From: Chrysomallon squamiferum
Lineage: Eukaryota; Animalia; Mollusca
DNA: 64,000 nucleotides
Direction: 5' to 3'
NCBI GenBank assembly: GCA_012295275.1
Contig: CM022679.1
Coordinates: forward strand, 15,314,001 to 15,378,000
A program made the position numbers and the translations under genes. The notes below the pieces were generated by a model. It saw only the letters and a list, made by a program, of their open reading frames with translations. It did no database searches and was not told the DNA's origin. Positions 38,226-52,733 of this stretch are shown in pieces. The number at the start of each line of letters is the position of its first letter. Positions within the stretch are counted from its first letter, which is position 1.

Positions 38226-38960
38226 ACACTGTTTTAGCTAAAAAAAGAGAAAAGTGTTAGAAATAATTTAATAAACAACAGCAACAACAACAACTAAAAT
38301 TATAAGTAACTAAGTCATTTTGAATTAAAAGTCAAGTAACCATGTTACTATCACCTAAATTACAGTTACCGGATAGCTTATTTAACAGTAATATAATATA
38401 ATTTTCTCTCTGTGTATTTGTACACGTATGCTGTATAAGCCTTTCGTCTGACCAGAAACAAAGGTGATTGATAATCTGAAACTTAGAGATATATTTCTTG
38501 TAGCCTGTATACTGTAATTACAGTCAAGATCTCAAATTACATTAGAGAAAGACGATCCTATAAAACTATGTTGTCATAGTTTTTTTTTCCTAAACGGGGA
38601 CACGAGAACAATACCTTTTTCAAGTCAAATCTGTGGACGTATCCATCATATTGTCATTCCGAGATCGGAAATCTTCGGAATTCCGAAGTACAAGAACGTC
38701 GGACCTAATTTCATTAGTGGTGCAGCTCCGGCATTGCCAACGTAATGTTTGTGACGTCATTCGTTTATTGATCGCATCCAGCACCACATGGTTTGCTCGC
38801 ATCGCATTGTTAAAAAAATATTACATTTAATACTTGAAAAAAAAAAAAAATGTGTATAATGGATTGTGATAACTTTAACTTCAACAATTTGAAACTTTTT
38901 GAGGAGAATCAGACTAAGAACAGTGAGCATGACACAGGTAAATATATTGCTTTTTCCTTT

Positions 38961-39037
<77 letters not shown>

Positions 39038-39109
39038 ATAATAATAATAATAATAATGAATACAATTTTCTTTTCTCCGTTTCAGTAGGAAGGCTGACAC
39101 AGGGGATAA

Positions 39110-39301
39110 ATGGCTTCCCAGCCTGGCCATGCTTTGAATGAAAGCGAAGATTATGTATTCTTCGATTGCTTTGAAGAGGATTATGGATCGGACATATTTA
39201 ATGAGGCTTCATCACAGGGCGAATATCAAAACAAGAAAATCCTAGTAACAGTCTGTGCTCTAGTGTTCTTGATAATGATGTTGAAAGTAATAGACACATA
39301 G
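39110..39301 (+). CDS. Candidate 63-aa tail-anchored small membrane protein
   Basis: MASQPGHALNESEDYVFFDCFEEDYGSDIFNEASSQGEYQNKKILVTVCALVFLIMMLKVIDT*: acidic N-terminus, KK, then a hydrophobic helix. ATG is in a good context (TAAATGG). It is preceded by a canonical intron 38938-39085 (CAG|GTAAAT ... TTTTCTTTTCTCCGTTTCAG) and a perfect CRE TGACGTCA at 38752-38759. Confidence 0.5.
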   Translation: MASQPGHALNESEDYVFFDCFEEDYGSDIFNEASSQGEYQNKKILVTVCALVFLIMMLKVIDT

Positions 39302-40655
39302 TTTATATGTAAAGCAAATAGCGAATTCCAAACACATAAGCCGAGAAGTCCATTGTACATAAAAACGGCATTGATTACGTATGTGCTTTTTTTTTTTTAT
39401 GTTTACGTGCACAGCTCCTTCTGTGAATTATCAATGTTATCTTATGCTTTTTAATTAAACCATTTTGGTTTCTTTGTTGTGTTTATTGTTTTATTTCCCC
39501 TCACTGTCATTTGTGAAAAGAAACTGAACGAACTGAAATTAAGTGCGAAAATAAGGAATAACAATAATATAATCATACATAGGTACATATATAGACACTA
39601 ACATACATGTATACACACATATAACACACACAGACACAAGATTGTCTTGATGGCCGAACGTAACATCGCTTTCGGTGTGCGAGCGAATGGGTGTCATACG
39701 TTCGAGTCTCGTCAGCGGCATCTGACGGGGTTTGTGAGGTTGTGATTGGACTTTGTCCTCCTGTGCCAGTGCGTTCCCGAATATTGTCTACGTGCAGAGT
39801 CTATTCAGACGTACATAAGACAGAGAATATTACAACTCCTAAAGTACGTACAAATTCACATATACACATTCATACGCGAGGAATACATCTGTTGACTAAT
39901 GTCTGGTCTTTTTTATTTATTTATTTATTATTTTTCTTCCAGATAATTCAAAGGTTAATTGATTCGTCTCTTTTATTTTTTCGCTAATGCAAACAAACTG
40001 TTATAGCATTATGCCAACATTATAACACTGGAAATATCGAAAAATGCAGCTTGTACCAAAATACCTTTTAAGAAGTTTATACTTTGCTGTTGAAGAATTT
40101 GTAACATTTACAATGATTTGACTGGAGATCTATGTTTCTACGTCAAAACGAAACATTTTACATAATTTTATTTTGTGATTTAAAAACTACACGAAAAATA
40201 TTTGACAGTATTAATTTTAGTTTCTGAAATGGTTCTTAACTGTTAGTAAGTGCTGAGCTATGTATCTGGGTGAATTAAGTCAATTTGTATTAAATTGTTA
40301 GTCACCAGGGCTATTTCACAAATCACACAGCAATAATTTGTACTTGAGGAAGTAGCAAATATATATGTATGTACGTACACGCGCACATGTCTATTATCTC
40401 AGTTACCAACAGAGTGTGAAAATAAGGTATTAGTTATGATGATGTCTAAATCTTATGGAATTTTCCAGCGAATAGTAATAGTAAATGTGTTAGTGTAACA
40501 CTACAGTTAACGTCAAATGAAGTCAGGTGCACCAACAGGTAAACGTTTATTAACTTACCGATATCATTTTACTGTGTATGTAAGAGCATTAAAATATATG
40601 AAATTTAATAATACATTTACGTCACTGAAAATGCAATTTTCCTGACACTCTCTGA

Positions 40656-40701
<46 letters not shown>

Positions 40702-41520
40702 GCAGTCGTAGTAGTAGTAATAGTAGTAGTAGTAACAGTGGTATTAGTAGTAATAGTAGTAGTAGCAACAGTAATTTATTATAGTTGATTCTGTTTTAAA
40801 ATAATGTTAATAACATATTATTATTAGTAGTAGTAGTATTAGTATTATTATTATTATTATATAAACTATAAAATATTATTTAATTCAGATTTTAAAATAA
40901 TTTTTATTCTTTTTCTTACGTGATCCATAAGTAATTCTTTTCTCCTCTGAAAACGAAAATATTTACGAATTCAGAAGATAAATATGTACTGGCGGAATTT
41001 CTGATGCAATAACTGTCAATAATTGAAGATGTAGCTTTTCTGCGTGTGTCCATTTATCTCTGTATTTTCCTTCTTTTATATCTACATGGGTTTCCTTTGT
41101 TAATTACAGAAGATCAAATATATTTTGGAAATGTCAATAAAAAGTAAAAGTTTGACAAAGATGTTTGTCTGTTTTCTGTCATAGTGTGTGGACGAGGTTT
41201 TGTTCCAACATTTGGCGTAGAAATGTAGTTCAAAGTCAGATCATCGTAAAATGGAAGTTTTTTGTTGCTGTTGGTTAGAAGTGCGAGAACATTCCAGAAA
41301 TTTAATTTTAAAGCCCGGTATGTGTTTTCTTTTTTCTTTAGTTTTTGTTTAAATTCATCTTCGTTTTTCTTCTCTTTTTCATCTAATTCAGACTAATGTA
41401 AACGATTTAAGTATGTGTTTTTTTGTTGTGTGTGTACGTCTGTGTGTGTGGTTGTTTGTGTCTATGCATAGTAAATGAATTTGTTTCAGTTTATCAAGTT
41501 TAGAGGAAGTTTTTCTTAAT

Positions 41521-41612
<92 letters not shown>

Positions 41613-42338
41613 AGAAAATCCAACTTGATAACTGAAATGAAAATAGTTAACAGTTTATTTAATTAATAACTTTTAGTTATTTATCATCGTTAGATTTAAA
41701 TACATATATAAACTAATGAACGCGAGCTGTCTTGGCGGGACATAGCTGTTCAGTTAAAGTAACTCGAATTAATACAGAACTCTGTATGTTCAGAGTAGTT
41801 CCCCTTGACGTCTTAATGATTCTAGATAACGTGGATAATCATTTTATTGATAATAATAATAATAACAACAACAACAACAACAACAATAATAACAACAACA
41901 ACAACAACAGCAACAATAATAATAATAATAAAATAAATTTAAAAAATAGTATAAAGATTAGTAAAGTTTACAGTTTAAATCTAAGCTTTGTCAGTAGAGG
42001 TTTTACTGAATGTTTTGCTTCCTCATTGTTTTACTACTAATGAAAATATAAAACTTTGACTTATCTGAATATTATTATTGCTATTTATTACCAGTTCTAT
42101 CAATACATCTACTGTGCGACTGTTGCTAATATTATTATTTCTACCGCTATTGTTATTACAACAACTGCTATTATTATTATTACGAAAATGTTTTCATGAT
42201 AAAGAAATATAAAAAGAATACAGAGAATTGTTGAAAGTGTCGCAGTTCAGACAAAATTGTTTGAAAACGACTATTAGTTCCACGTAAATGTTATCTAACG
42301 GAACGTACCATATACTGAAAAACATGAATTTCATCTTT

Positions 42339-42375
<37 letters not shown>

Positions 42376-45282
42376 AAAATAAGTAAAATAGAATAGAATA
42401 AAATGAAATGAAATAAAATAAAATAACTAACTAAATAAAGAAAGAAAGAAAAACATTAAAAATAATAACACAAAATAATATATATATATATGTTTTGACA
42501 CACACATGAAAAAAAAAAAACACTTCTTTCATTTTTATTTGTTATGTTTCTCCTCTGAGTCTTGTTCGTGAAAAAACTAATTATGTGATAAACCAAAGAT
42601 CAGTTTTAAAGGGTCATTACGTGGCCAGTTTAGGACCCGGTCCACACAATGGCTAATTTGCTTAACTTTTCTTTTGACCTCAGGTCGGTAAAGAAAACTC
42701 ATTTGGGTCATGTGACACCGTTACCGATATTCCGCCATAATTGTTTCAGACATCACATTCAAAGCAATATTGTTTACAAATGGGTGTATACTTTTACACT
42801 TTCACTGAAACAAAATGAACTTGTATGATGTTATTAGAAGTCTGTTTTAATAGTCAGAAGAAGAAAGCGACAACAATTATACGTTATTGTAAAACTGCGA
42901 CGTGTGTGACGACAAACACAGCTCCGCGGCAGATTTATGTCAAGTCGAAATAATGTAAACTCCTTTCTGTCATGAACTACTTCTTTAACTTCTAATGTCA
43001 GAACCGACAGATACCATTTCAAGCTGAACAAGCTGTAGATTGGAACCTCATGGTCTGAAAAGGCGTTTAATACTTTCATTTAACGTACTGCACATCCTTA
43101 ATTTAACATTTATCAAACAGACATCGATGGTTTATCATCATTCAGAGCCTCAGAGTATCAAAGTTTAGCCTTATTTGATGAAGACCAAATTATGCCAAAA
43201 AAAAAAAAAAAAAAACAACAACAACAACAACAAACCAACCAAACAAAATAATAATAATTATTATTATTATTTTGGTGGGAAATCACATATTTAAAAAAAA
43301 AAAAAACAACAACAACAAACAAACAAGAAAAACAACAACCAGCAAACAACAACAAACCGAAACATCTGTATAAATAATGTGTTACTAAGATTTGCTCTTT
43401 AAGTTTGTTTCACGTACCCTTTACTATCACAGCTATACCTCTCCACACCTACAAACACGTGGAACCGTATACGTGTAACTAAGTTAGTACAAAGGTAGTA
43501 AATATCGGATGGCACCAGAACAACCCATGATGGTGTTGTTATTCTTATTATTATCTTTGAGCTCTCTTTTATTTTTGGTCTGTTTTGTTAAGGACATGTT
43601 TCATCATCGCAAAATCATCATCTTTTCACATACCAGAGAGTTATCCAAAGATATGTTACCATACCAGCAGATGTAGAAATGCTGTCACAGTCAAACGCGC
43701 GCGACATCCGAGGAAAGGAGACAAACGAGCTACCAGTCTGCCCCGTTTTATCATCCTCGTGCACATGGCGTCATGTGATAGGCAGTGTTAACAACAACTG
43801 TTGAAATACGTGTACGCTAAATTAGCTTTCAGTGAACACGAGCTCTTCAAAGGTAATTCTGTGAGCTTGTCAGTGTCACCTCTCCTTTTATACAGCTAAG
43901 TGTTAAGTTCAGTGTCTTTAACAGCCAGAGTGGATTATTTTCTCTTCTGAACATTTCTTAATAATTATATATATATATGTATGTATGTATGTATGTATAT
44001 ATATAAAAAAAGAAATGTCGAGTCAACGTGACATTAAATGTAACCTTTTATTGAAAAGGCAGCGTTATACATTGATAGATTAGGCACACACACATACACA
44101 CTAATACCTATCCAAGACATCTTTTATTTCAAGCACATGTACACTTTTAATACCCAGCTCTGAATAAGCTGAGGTGTAAACATTATTAATTATATATGTA
44201 ATAAATATACAATGATATTGCCTTAATTGTTTTGTGGTTTTGTGGTAACATAAAAATAGGGTAACAAGATAATAAAAATGCCAAAGTTATTGAACAAAAA
44301 CCAGTAAAACGTTTTTTTTTAAATTCGGACTATGAATAGTCAGTGTATGAATATTCAGCATTATTGATATCGGGTTCTGAAATATTTGTTTACATTTACC
44401 ATAATAGATATCTTGTAAATTCTTTATGGAATTTAATTATTATTTTGAATGAAAAATGTGTTGGATTTAAAATAATAAAAGATTTAAATTAAATCAGTAA
44501 AACTGTATAGAAGAAGGAAACTTAAAATCAGCATCTTAACGCTTATACAGTGATGCAAAATGAACTGGCGCGAATATTATCAGTTTTTAAAACATCCATT
44601 TAGGCGTTCGTTGGGTCTTTTTATATGTTAACATATTTTTTAATTTTTTAAATGCAACTATGAATCTGACTGTTGCTTGGTACCCACTTATTACAAAATT
44701 AAAATGTGACTCCAAACCGATGGGGATCCTGTATGACGAAGGAAAATAACTGATTAAACCGACGTCATGTTGTATGTTTTAGTCTCAAAACGTGGGCTCT
44801 TGATTCCTCCATGCACGAAGGCAAATGTTCTGTAATTTCCAGCAGTCACACCCCCACAAAAAAACAACAACACCCCAGCATGTTACGAATCAGAAAAAAA
44901 TTAATTATATATTTAAAACTCGTTGTCCTACGCTGTAAAGATTTTCCAGCTGTTTTCGTCTTTATTCGCTCGCGTTGTTATTGGCTTTTTTTTCTTCTTC
45001 TTTTTTCTTTTTCCCCTCATCAAAGCCACGGCGAGAGCGAGTGTAGATCCCTGAAGAATATTTTTCACCTACCTTTGTAAAGTGTGTTTTTAGCACCTCG
45101 AACTTACAACACGTGACACGATAATTGCAGACAAACAGGTTTAACGTACAAACATCACTAACAGATCCGATCGGTCTCTCTATTATAACTTTCGTAGATG
45201 CAAGATAAAGATAGTGAAGATTTCTTTAATTCCGTGCTTTTATTTACCTGGTACTTCTCCTCAGGAACAGCTGCCTATGACT

Positions 45283-46135
45283 AATCATCTCTGATTTGTA
45301 CTAAAAACCAGCAATAGCTGCCATGTTAAATATCATTTGCCCATAGCTGTAGTAGCTGTAGTTGTGGTAGTGGTAGAAATAAAAGTAGTAATAGTACTGG
45401 TAGCAGTAGTAGTGTTGTTAACAGTAGCAGTAACAGGAGTAATAGTGATAGTATTATTATTAGTAGTTTTATAGTAGTAGTTTTAGTAATAGCAGTAGTA
45501 ATAATAGCAGTAGTGGTGGTGGTAGTAGTAGTAATTTACAAAATAAAAAGCAATGAAGAGATCTGTAAAGTTAAAACATGACTGTTTGTATTTTGAAATA
45601 TATCACATCGTCATAACTGTTACCACCATCAGCAAAATTACTTTCACATCATCATCTTCATCTTGCTTTGACTCCTCTTCATCATTGTCATTATCAGCTT
45701 CACAGAATAACTTATGTACAGACATAAATACAGTGTACGACTGCAAGTTGAAAAGTATAAAATTATAAAAAATAAATAAAAATAAAAAATACGGACTCCA
45801 AACGCGAACATTATACAACAGCGTCCATAAAATAAGTCGTAGAAAACCCAGTCAAGAGTATGAAGCAGTGATACGTTTTAACCTGTTCAGCTGTAAATGT
45901 AACCAGAGAAAACAAGCTGGTTAGTAGACGTGTGTCTAGCACTGACAGTTTCCACCCTGAACAGACATTCCAGCTGCAATTACACACAAAGATAAAACAT
46001 AATGCGTTAACGCGGTAATACAAAAGTAGATGCTACAAAAAATGTTCTACCCATCTGCACTAGGAATTTTATTATACATTTTTTTCTTTTTGTACGAAGT
46101 GAAAAAATGTAAAGTAAAACGTTTTCTGTCAGGTA
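45283..46135 (-). repeat. Dispersed repeat R1, inverted copy
   Basis: Reverse complement of 32522-33645, lacking the internal ~33115-33430 segment. Confidence 0.9.
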
Positions 46136-46654
46136 AGAAGAGAGAGAGGGAGAGACCTAAAAAAAACCACCAAAAAACAAAGTTAATCAAATGGAATGAA
46201 CGGAATAAAAGGAAAAGATGTATGACCGGAAAAGCAGACCTACTCAGTGACTAACTGTTTAACGATACCTCGACATGTTTAACAATTAGATGTCATGCAT
46301 AGTATAACATTTTATTAAACTTATGATATATAATTAGTAAAATCTACGGATGCCATTTTATAGAATGTACATATCGATTTGCAGCAAATGATCTGTTTAT
46401 ATGGAAAAATCCACCCATACTCCCACCGACCCTCCCAACCCCCCAAAAAAATGGAACACCCAAATAGAAACAAACCCTATTATTTAATAAACACGTTATT
46501 TGACAATGACTGAAACATGTGGTTTCTCACTGAATAGGATATAAAAGCGAATAAAAGTTAAATACAAATCTCTCTCTCTATATATATATTGGTGCATTGG
46601 AATCAAATTGCTGAACAAGGCAATGTAATAAAAAAACAATATTTTTAGTGTATG

Positions 46655-47105
46655 AAAATCAGATATTATTTAGCTTAATACTAGTGGGGTAAATATACTT
46701 TAAGCTTTATGGTTCTACACTATAATAAAATAAATAAATAAACAGACGAAGTTCTCACCTGCATATAATGCTAATGAAGGAGTATACAGGACGAAAGCGA
46801 GATAAATCAGCTGCAAATACAATGACAAAGTTCATGATTACAAAAAGGCAAAGGTAAACACAACACGAAACACGTAAAAAAATTGCACATGAAAAACAAG
46901 TCATAGCTTCAGCATGTTTTATCCTATTACAATAAGATTATAAGAATTATCTATTATCCCTTTTCTATTTTAATACAGATGAATTTCTTTTTAGAAACAA
47001 AATTTTTTACTTTTTTATTTTTCGAAATGGTCATAAATATGTAACACGAGAACTATATAAAGTATATCTTTTCATATATTATAATATCAGGTTTCGTGTG
47101 GTCCA

Positions 47106-47150
<45 letters not shown>

Positions 47151-47253
47151 TTTAAAAAATAGTATAAAAACGTGTTTCCTTTGCTTCGAGAGTAACAAAT
47201 ATAAATTGTCTCACATTAAAAATGTAAGATGTGCAATAAAAACTTCATTAAGG

Positions 47254-47330
<77 letters not shown>
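46655..47330 (+). repeat. Dispersed repeat R2 (~600 bp) ending in (CT)n, copy 1
   Basis: ACAGACGAAGTTCTCACCTGC..GATAAATCAGCTGCAAATACAATGACAAAGTTCATGAT..GTGGTCCAAATA is shared with 57240-57920 and, inverted, with 63331-64000. Confidence 0.88.
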
Positions 47331-47335
<5 letters not shown>

Positions 47336-47681
47336 CTCTGACATACATACACAGAAATATATTACATATGAATGTGAGCGCGTTAGGAGGTATGTATATA
47401 AAACAACTTTTTAAATTTGAATTTTGCAGTTCGTATGAAGTTAGAGAAACGGAAAAATAATTTCGTTGCTTGTGTTTTATTCACTTTTGTCTCTTTTACC
47501 AACACCTTATTTTATTCATCGCATTTTCTGAATATTCTTAATAAAAACAGATATCTCAGAAACGTTTTTCTTTTCGAGTTAAACGATGTTTAAATATCTG
47601 TACCAAAGCTTAATTACTAGTATTATTTGAAAACAACTTCGACATAAAAGTGAATTCGACTTGAATACATCTAATTAAAGA

Positions 47682-47768
<87 letters not shown>

Positions 47769-47998
47769 TAATAATAATAATAATAAAAAGACAGAAAGAA
47801 AAGGAGGGAAAAGGCTTTTTATTTCATTTTTGATTTTGAACTAAGAAATCGTTTAGTACAATTAAAGAGATAATCTTATCCGTTTTCCTAAGTACTGTAC
47901 TACTGACGCTATTGTATTCACTGTTCAAATGTCTTCTGATCTTTAGCATCTGTAAGATTAGAGCATTTATATATTTGCCATAAGAAACGTTTGTAGAA

Positions 47999-48066
47999 AT
48001 CGGTATTGGGACTTGAACCGATGCACTGTCATTCTCAGTTCCGCAGTCTTAACATTTTAGCTATGA
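47999..48066 (-). other. Degenerate tRNA-derived sequence (possible SINE head relic)
   Basis: Minus strand reads TAGCTAAAATGTTAAGAC (A-box-like) ... GGTTCAAGTCC (B-box; T-arm TCGG-TTCAAGT-CCCA) at tRNA-like spacing. The anticodon and acceptor stems do not pair. Confidence 0.4.
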
Positions 48067-48233
48067 AAAAAGCCTGTGTATTTTTTTAAGCGGATTTTTT
48101 CACTGTTATGAAACCTCGCTGTCAACAGCAGACAGACATCCACGATAACGCATGCTCTGCTGCATTTCGCACAAAAGATGAAATAGCTTATACAAGCAGA
48201 TGTTTATTAAACGTTAAAACCCCACCAAGAAAC

Positions 48234-48695
48234 AACCATCGGCCAACGAAACAGACATAATACACCTGCAGTCAGACTGGTTCAGCCTTCTTCAGTAGTT
48301 ATTTTCATTCCCCACTTTGAAAATAAAAACGACTTGTGTCTTCTCTGTTTCATTTAGCTCATCCCCAGGTTTTCAATTTCGTCATTTGTTCTGAAGACCT
48401 TGAACTACATATCCAATCGTGTGTGTTCGACATTTTCTATGGCAGCTTTCAAATGTTAATTTTAGCCTATTTGTACTTTTTATTATGAATGTGGAAATGT
48501 TAAAATAAATATAATGGTTACGATTATACATTAATAATTATTGTTATAATTAAAGGATTAATGACAACGATGGTGACGACGACGACGTAAGTGATGGTGA
48601 TTATGATGAAGAAAGAAAGAAAAGGAAGAAAATATACACGTATGATCTCAAGCACACAAACACTAGGATACCACTACGAATAGGGACATTATTCT
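48234..48695. repeat. Dispersed repeat R3, copy 2, followed by (GA)n
   Basis: Direct match to 26872-27371. Confidence 0.85.
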
Positions 48696-48748
48696 CTTTC
48701 ACGTTCACCCAGTGCCCCAAAAACTGTTTCTTCAAAGACCTTTCCATA

Positions 48749-48845
<97 letters not shown>

Positions 48846-49813
48846 AGACAAAAAAATGTATTGAGAACGTCATTAAACAAAACATTTCTTATTTCTTAAT
48901 TCTCATTCTGTTGAAAGTGTTAAAGGTTTTGGCTGTGATCCTCTTTTAAAATCTACACCAATGCGCCGAACGCGTGCCATAGGCCGAATGCTACTACTGC
49001 TACAACTTCTACTACTACTACTACTACTGCTACTACTCTACTACTACTACTACTTCTACTACTACTACTACTACTGCTACTACTACTACTACTACTACTA
49101 CTATTACTACTACTCTACTACTACTACTTCTACTACTACTATAACAACAACAACAACAATCAGAAAAAATAGAAAATACAATTAATAAATAAAAATAATA
49201 ATTTAAAAGAGAAGAGATGTAGAGAAAAAGAACAACTGCATTAAACATGGCGCCAAACTGACGAAGTGGCGACTGCAGAAGTTACATTTTAACAACAAAA
49301 ACGGCGTCACGCAAATTTAACTCCATTGAACTGCACCAAACAGGTACACGTACTTGTACTTCTTGACCTAAGTATTTTTCTTAAAGTGTTGCCTTTATTT
49401 GTGTTAAACACGTGAATTTTATTAATCTCATTTTCAGGTGCGCGTTTTCAAACTCGAAGTAAAAAACTCGACGTTATGTTAATCAGCAGCAAAACAGCCC
49501 TTGAATGTTTCTTTATTTATTTTTATTTTTTTTAATTAAATTTTAGAGAAAAATGGATACATACGTACATAGATAGATAGATAGAAAGATGGATAGATTA
49601 GATAGATTAGATACATAGATGGAGAGTGAAAGAAGGAGAGAGGGTGAGAGATGGATAGACAGGGGAGAAATGAAATCGGGAGGGAGAGAGACAAAGAGAC
49701 ACACAGTTCAAGTTTGAGGAAGTTTTTTTTACTTTATGAAAATCTGTTATGAAAAGCAAAGCTTGAACGTCACAATTAAATAAATATTTTGGTTATTGCA
49801 TTTGGGTGTTCAA

Positions 49814-49844
<31 letters not shown>

Positions 49845-51300
49845 ATTAGTAAGTAAATAAAAGAATTTAAGTTAGTAAATAAATAAATATAAACAACAAC
49901 AAACGAACAATACAAAATAAAAAAAAAAAAAAAAAAATAAAAATAAATAAATGAATAAATAAAATTGCCCGAACAATTTTTTTATTTTAAAAACGTGTGA
50001 AATAAAATTTTAAAGGATTCTTTTTTTTTTAATCTTTTTTTAAATGTTCTGCCCACGCAGATAACCACCCACAGAAACATATAACGAAAATCACTAATTT
50101 ACACCCAACAATGCGTCGCCAGGAGCTGGTAGCAACACAGCTCCCATGATTCCCGCGTACAGCCTCCGTTTCGGCAGCACGCGCCACATACCGCGATATT
50201 CCCCATCTCGCGACAGTCTATCTGCGCGCAGATACATTACAGCACATTCTGCCTCTCGTCAATTGACTTTAATATGAATTTTATTGAAGCGTCTCGTCCC
50301 ACGTGGGTGCGTTCCGCATGAGTGCTTTGCTCACACGGAGAGGCCAAACGAGCCCGCCACTTTTTGTTTCTGTTAGAACAGTTGGCAAACCTGAACAACT
50401 TTTGCGACTGTCTAAATTAATGTTAATTTTTTTTTATTATTCTTTCCTTTTTTTTTTTTTTTTTTTTTTATTTTTTTTTTTTTTTTTTTTTTTTTTCGTT
50501 TTTTGTGTGATTTTTGTGTGCATGACAGTTAAATAGTAAAACTTTACAGAAGAAGAAGAAGAAGAGGAAAAGAGAAACTTTCGGAAAGACGATCTTTATC
50601 AGTGATCGTGATGCACAGACACGAAAATCTATCTATATATGGTTGTTTTTTTTTTTTTTTACCTAATCCATCATCTTCGTTAAGAAACGAGAGAGATACA
50701 CTGACAGACAGACATGCACACACACAAAGAAAATAACTTGGGTCTATTATCTTACCTTAACTGAATATCAAAAACACCTGTCTGTCTCTGTCTACCTGTC
50801 TGTCTGTCTGTCTAACCCTCTATCTGTGTCTGTCTGTCTGTCTGTCTGTCTATCTGTCTGTCTATCTATCTACCTATCTACCTACTTATCTATATGACTG
50901 TCTATCTATCTATCCACCTATTTGTATGTCTCGCTGTATATCTATATTCTAGGTTCAGGGCTAGGTTCAGTGCAATACATATGTTTTCTTTTCTTTTTCA
51001 TTGCAGAAATAAAGTAAAATTAAAAAAATTAAAAAAAAGAAGATGAAGAGAAACCTTTGAAAAGAATGTGCGTCAGTCACCTGTCATCGACTGGTAAACA
51101 AACATGCGAGTAAACGTAGAAAACAAAAACACCTGTCTAGTATTTAACTTTACGTCATAACAGTGATAGCACAAAGTAGGTCACTGAATCGCGGTCAGTT
51201 TCGAATGAGATCGCCAAATTTCATAATTATAGTAATATTATAAATATCATAATTACAGTATATTATAAATATCATATATTTTATCAATAATGTATCGTCA

Positions 51301-51332
<32 letters not shown>

Positions 51333-51655
51333 GTATCCAACTGCTGTGGCTCATCATCCATAGAATTAAATAAATGATTCCTGTCACTGTTTTAACGTTG
51401 TAGGATATTAAGTATCTGATATATGATTTGTTATGACAAAACAGATAAATATTCACAACTGAAGCCACTTTGTTTGCTGTTATTTTTACCCATCCCCTGA
51501 CAGAGGTGAATTGTGTGCAGAGAAACAAACACCAGTTTTTCTGAGACGACAGTTCTGGAAAACCGGTTGTTTCGGAAAATTCTCAGAGAAGAGTGTATTA
51601 TTAGCTCATTTCATTTTGAAACGTTTTCTCACAGTAGAACAAATTATTATTATTA

Positions 51656-51694
<39 letters not shown>

Positions 51695-52529
51695 TTGGGG
51701 GAACACCCCATTTTTATTTAAAATGTCAAAATAAGCAGAAGAAAGATCGAAATATCTTTTCAAGAATGAAATATAAAAACCTGTTTAGCACTGTATCAAA
51801 ATGTAATAATAATATTTTTAAAAATCATGTTATAGCTTTTTTTAGTTTCATTTTGTTTCTTTTTGTTTTCTTTTCTTTCTTACCTTCTTTTTTTTTTTTT
51901 TTTTTCTCTCTCTCTTTTTAAAGAAGAAAAAAAAAATTAATAAAAGGAAAGACAGGGTTAAAAAAACGGCAACGGAATTGGTGCACTGAACAAGTACGTC
52001 AACTATCAATATGTATTTATCTGTCGTCTGACAAAGCTAAACTGACATCTCGGGCTAACATTACTTAGATTTCAGCCTCTGCTGAGCACCGATAAAGATA
52101 TTTATTCCAGCACAGCGGTGTTTAATAGACACAGGAGCTGTTAATTGTAGCGATCGGACCTGAGACCCGAACATAATAGCCTCCCCGGAACCGCGCACCT
52201 TAACGTCGTCCCACTGTTTTGTATGCGGCTAATGCCGCCAACTCGAGTAGCAGACGGCATACGGCGGTTCGCGTGCCACCTTTCGTTTCACGTAGAGCAA
52301 TTTTCAACAAATATCCTGTAAGAATGTGTGTGTCTGTGTTTGTGTGTGTGTGTGTGTGTTTGTGTGTGTTTCCGTGGAAGGAGGAGTTTCAAAAGGCTGA
52401 TATCAATGGGGAAAAAAAATTAAAAATCATCTGACCGTTTGTCGGAATTGTTGTTGTATGACCATGCACCGTAACGGGTTTTTTTTTTTTTTGTTTGTGT
52501 CTGTTTTTCTTTACGTTTTCTTATCTTTG

Positions 52530-52567
52530 ATTGGCTGTCGTGGTGCAAGTGTGCTGCATGGGCGTGG
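52530..52567 (+). promoter_or_regulatory. CCAAT box (ATTGG) and GC/KLF-type box (GGGCGTGG) upstream of the atonal-like gene
   Basis: TGATTGGCT at ~52528-52536 and GGGCGTGG at 52560-52567, ~170-200 bp before the ATG in a CpG-rich region. Confidence 0.45.
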
Positions 52568-52733
52568 ATTTGAGGTACAAATGGGAACAGGAATGGATTA
52601 TTTTACATGGCTGAAGTTTCTGTCAAGTATTTTTCTTACTTGGGTCGAGCCGCGTGAATAGCATACGATAGCGCGTGGACAGCACGAGCGCACATTTAGC
52701 GGCACGCGCCCCGTGGAGTTCACATTGATCAAC

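Noticed and set aside
47999-48066. Functional tRNA gene
   Set aside because: A- and B-box-like motifs are present but the acceptor and anticodon stems do not pair. Kept only as a tRNA-derived relic.
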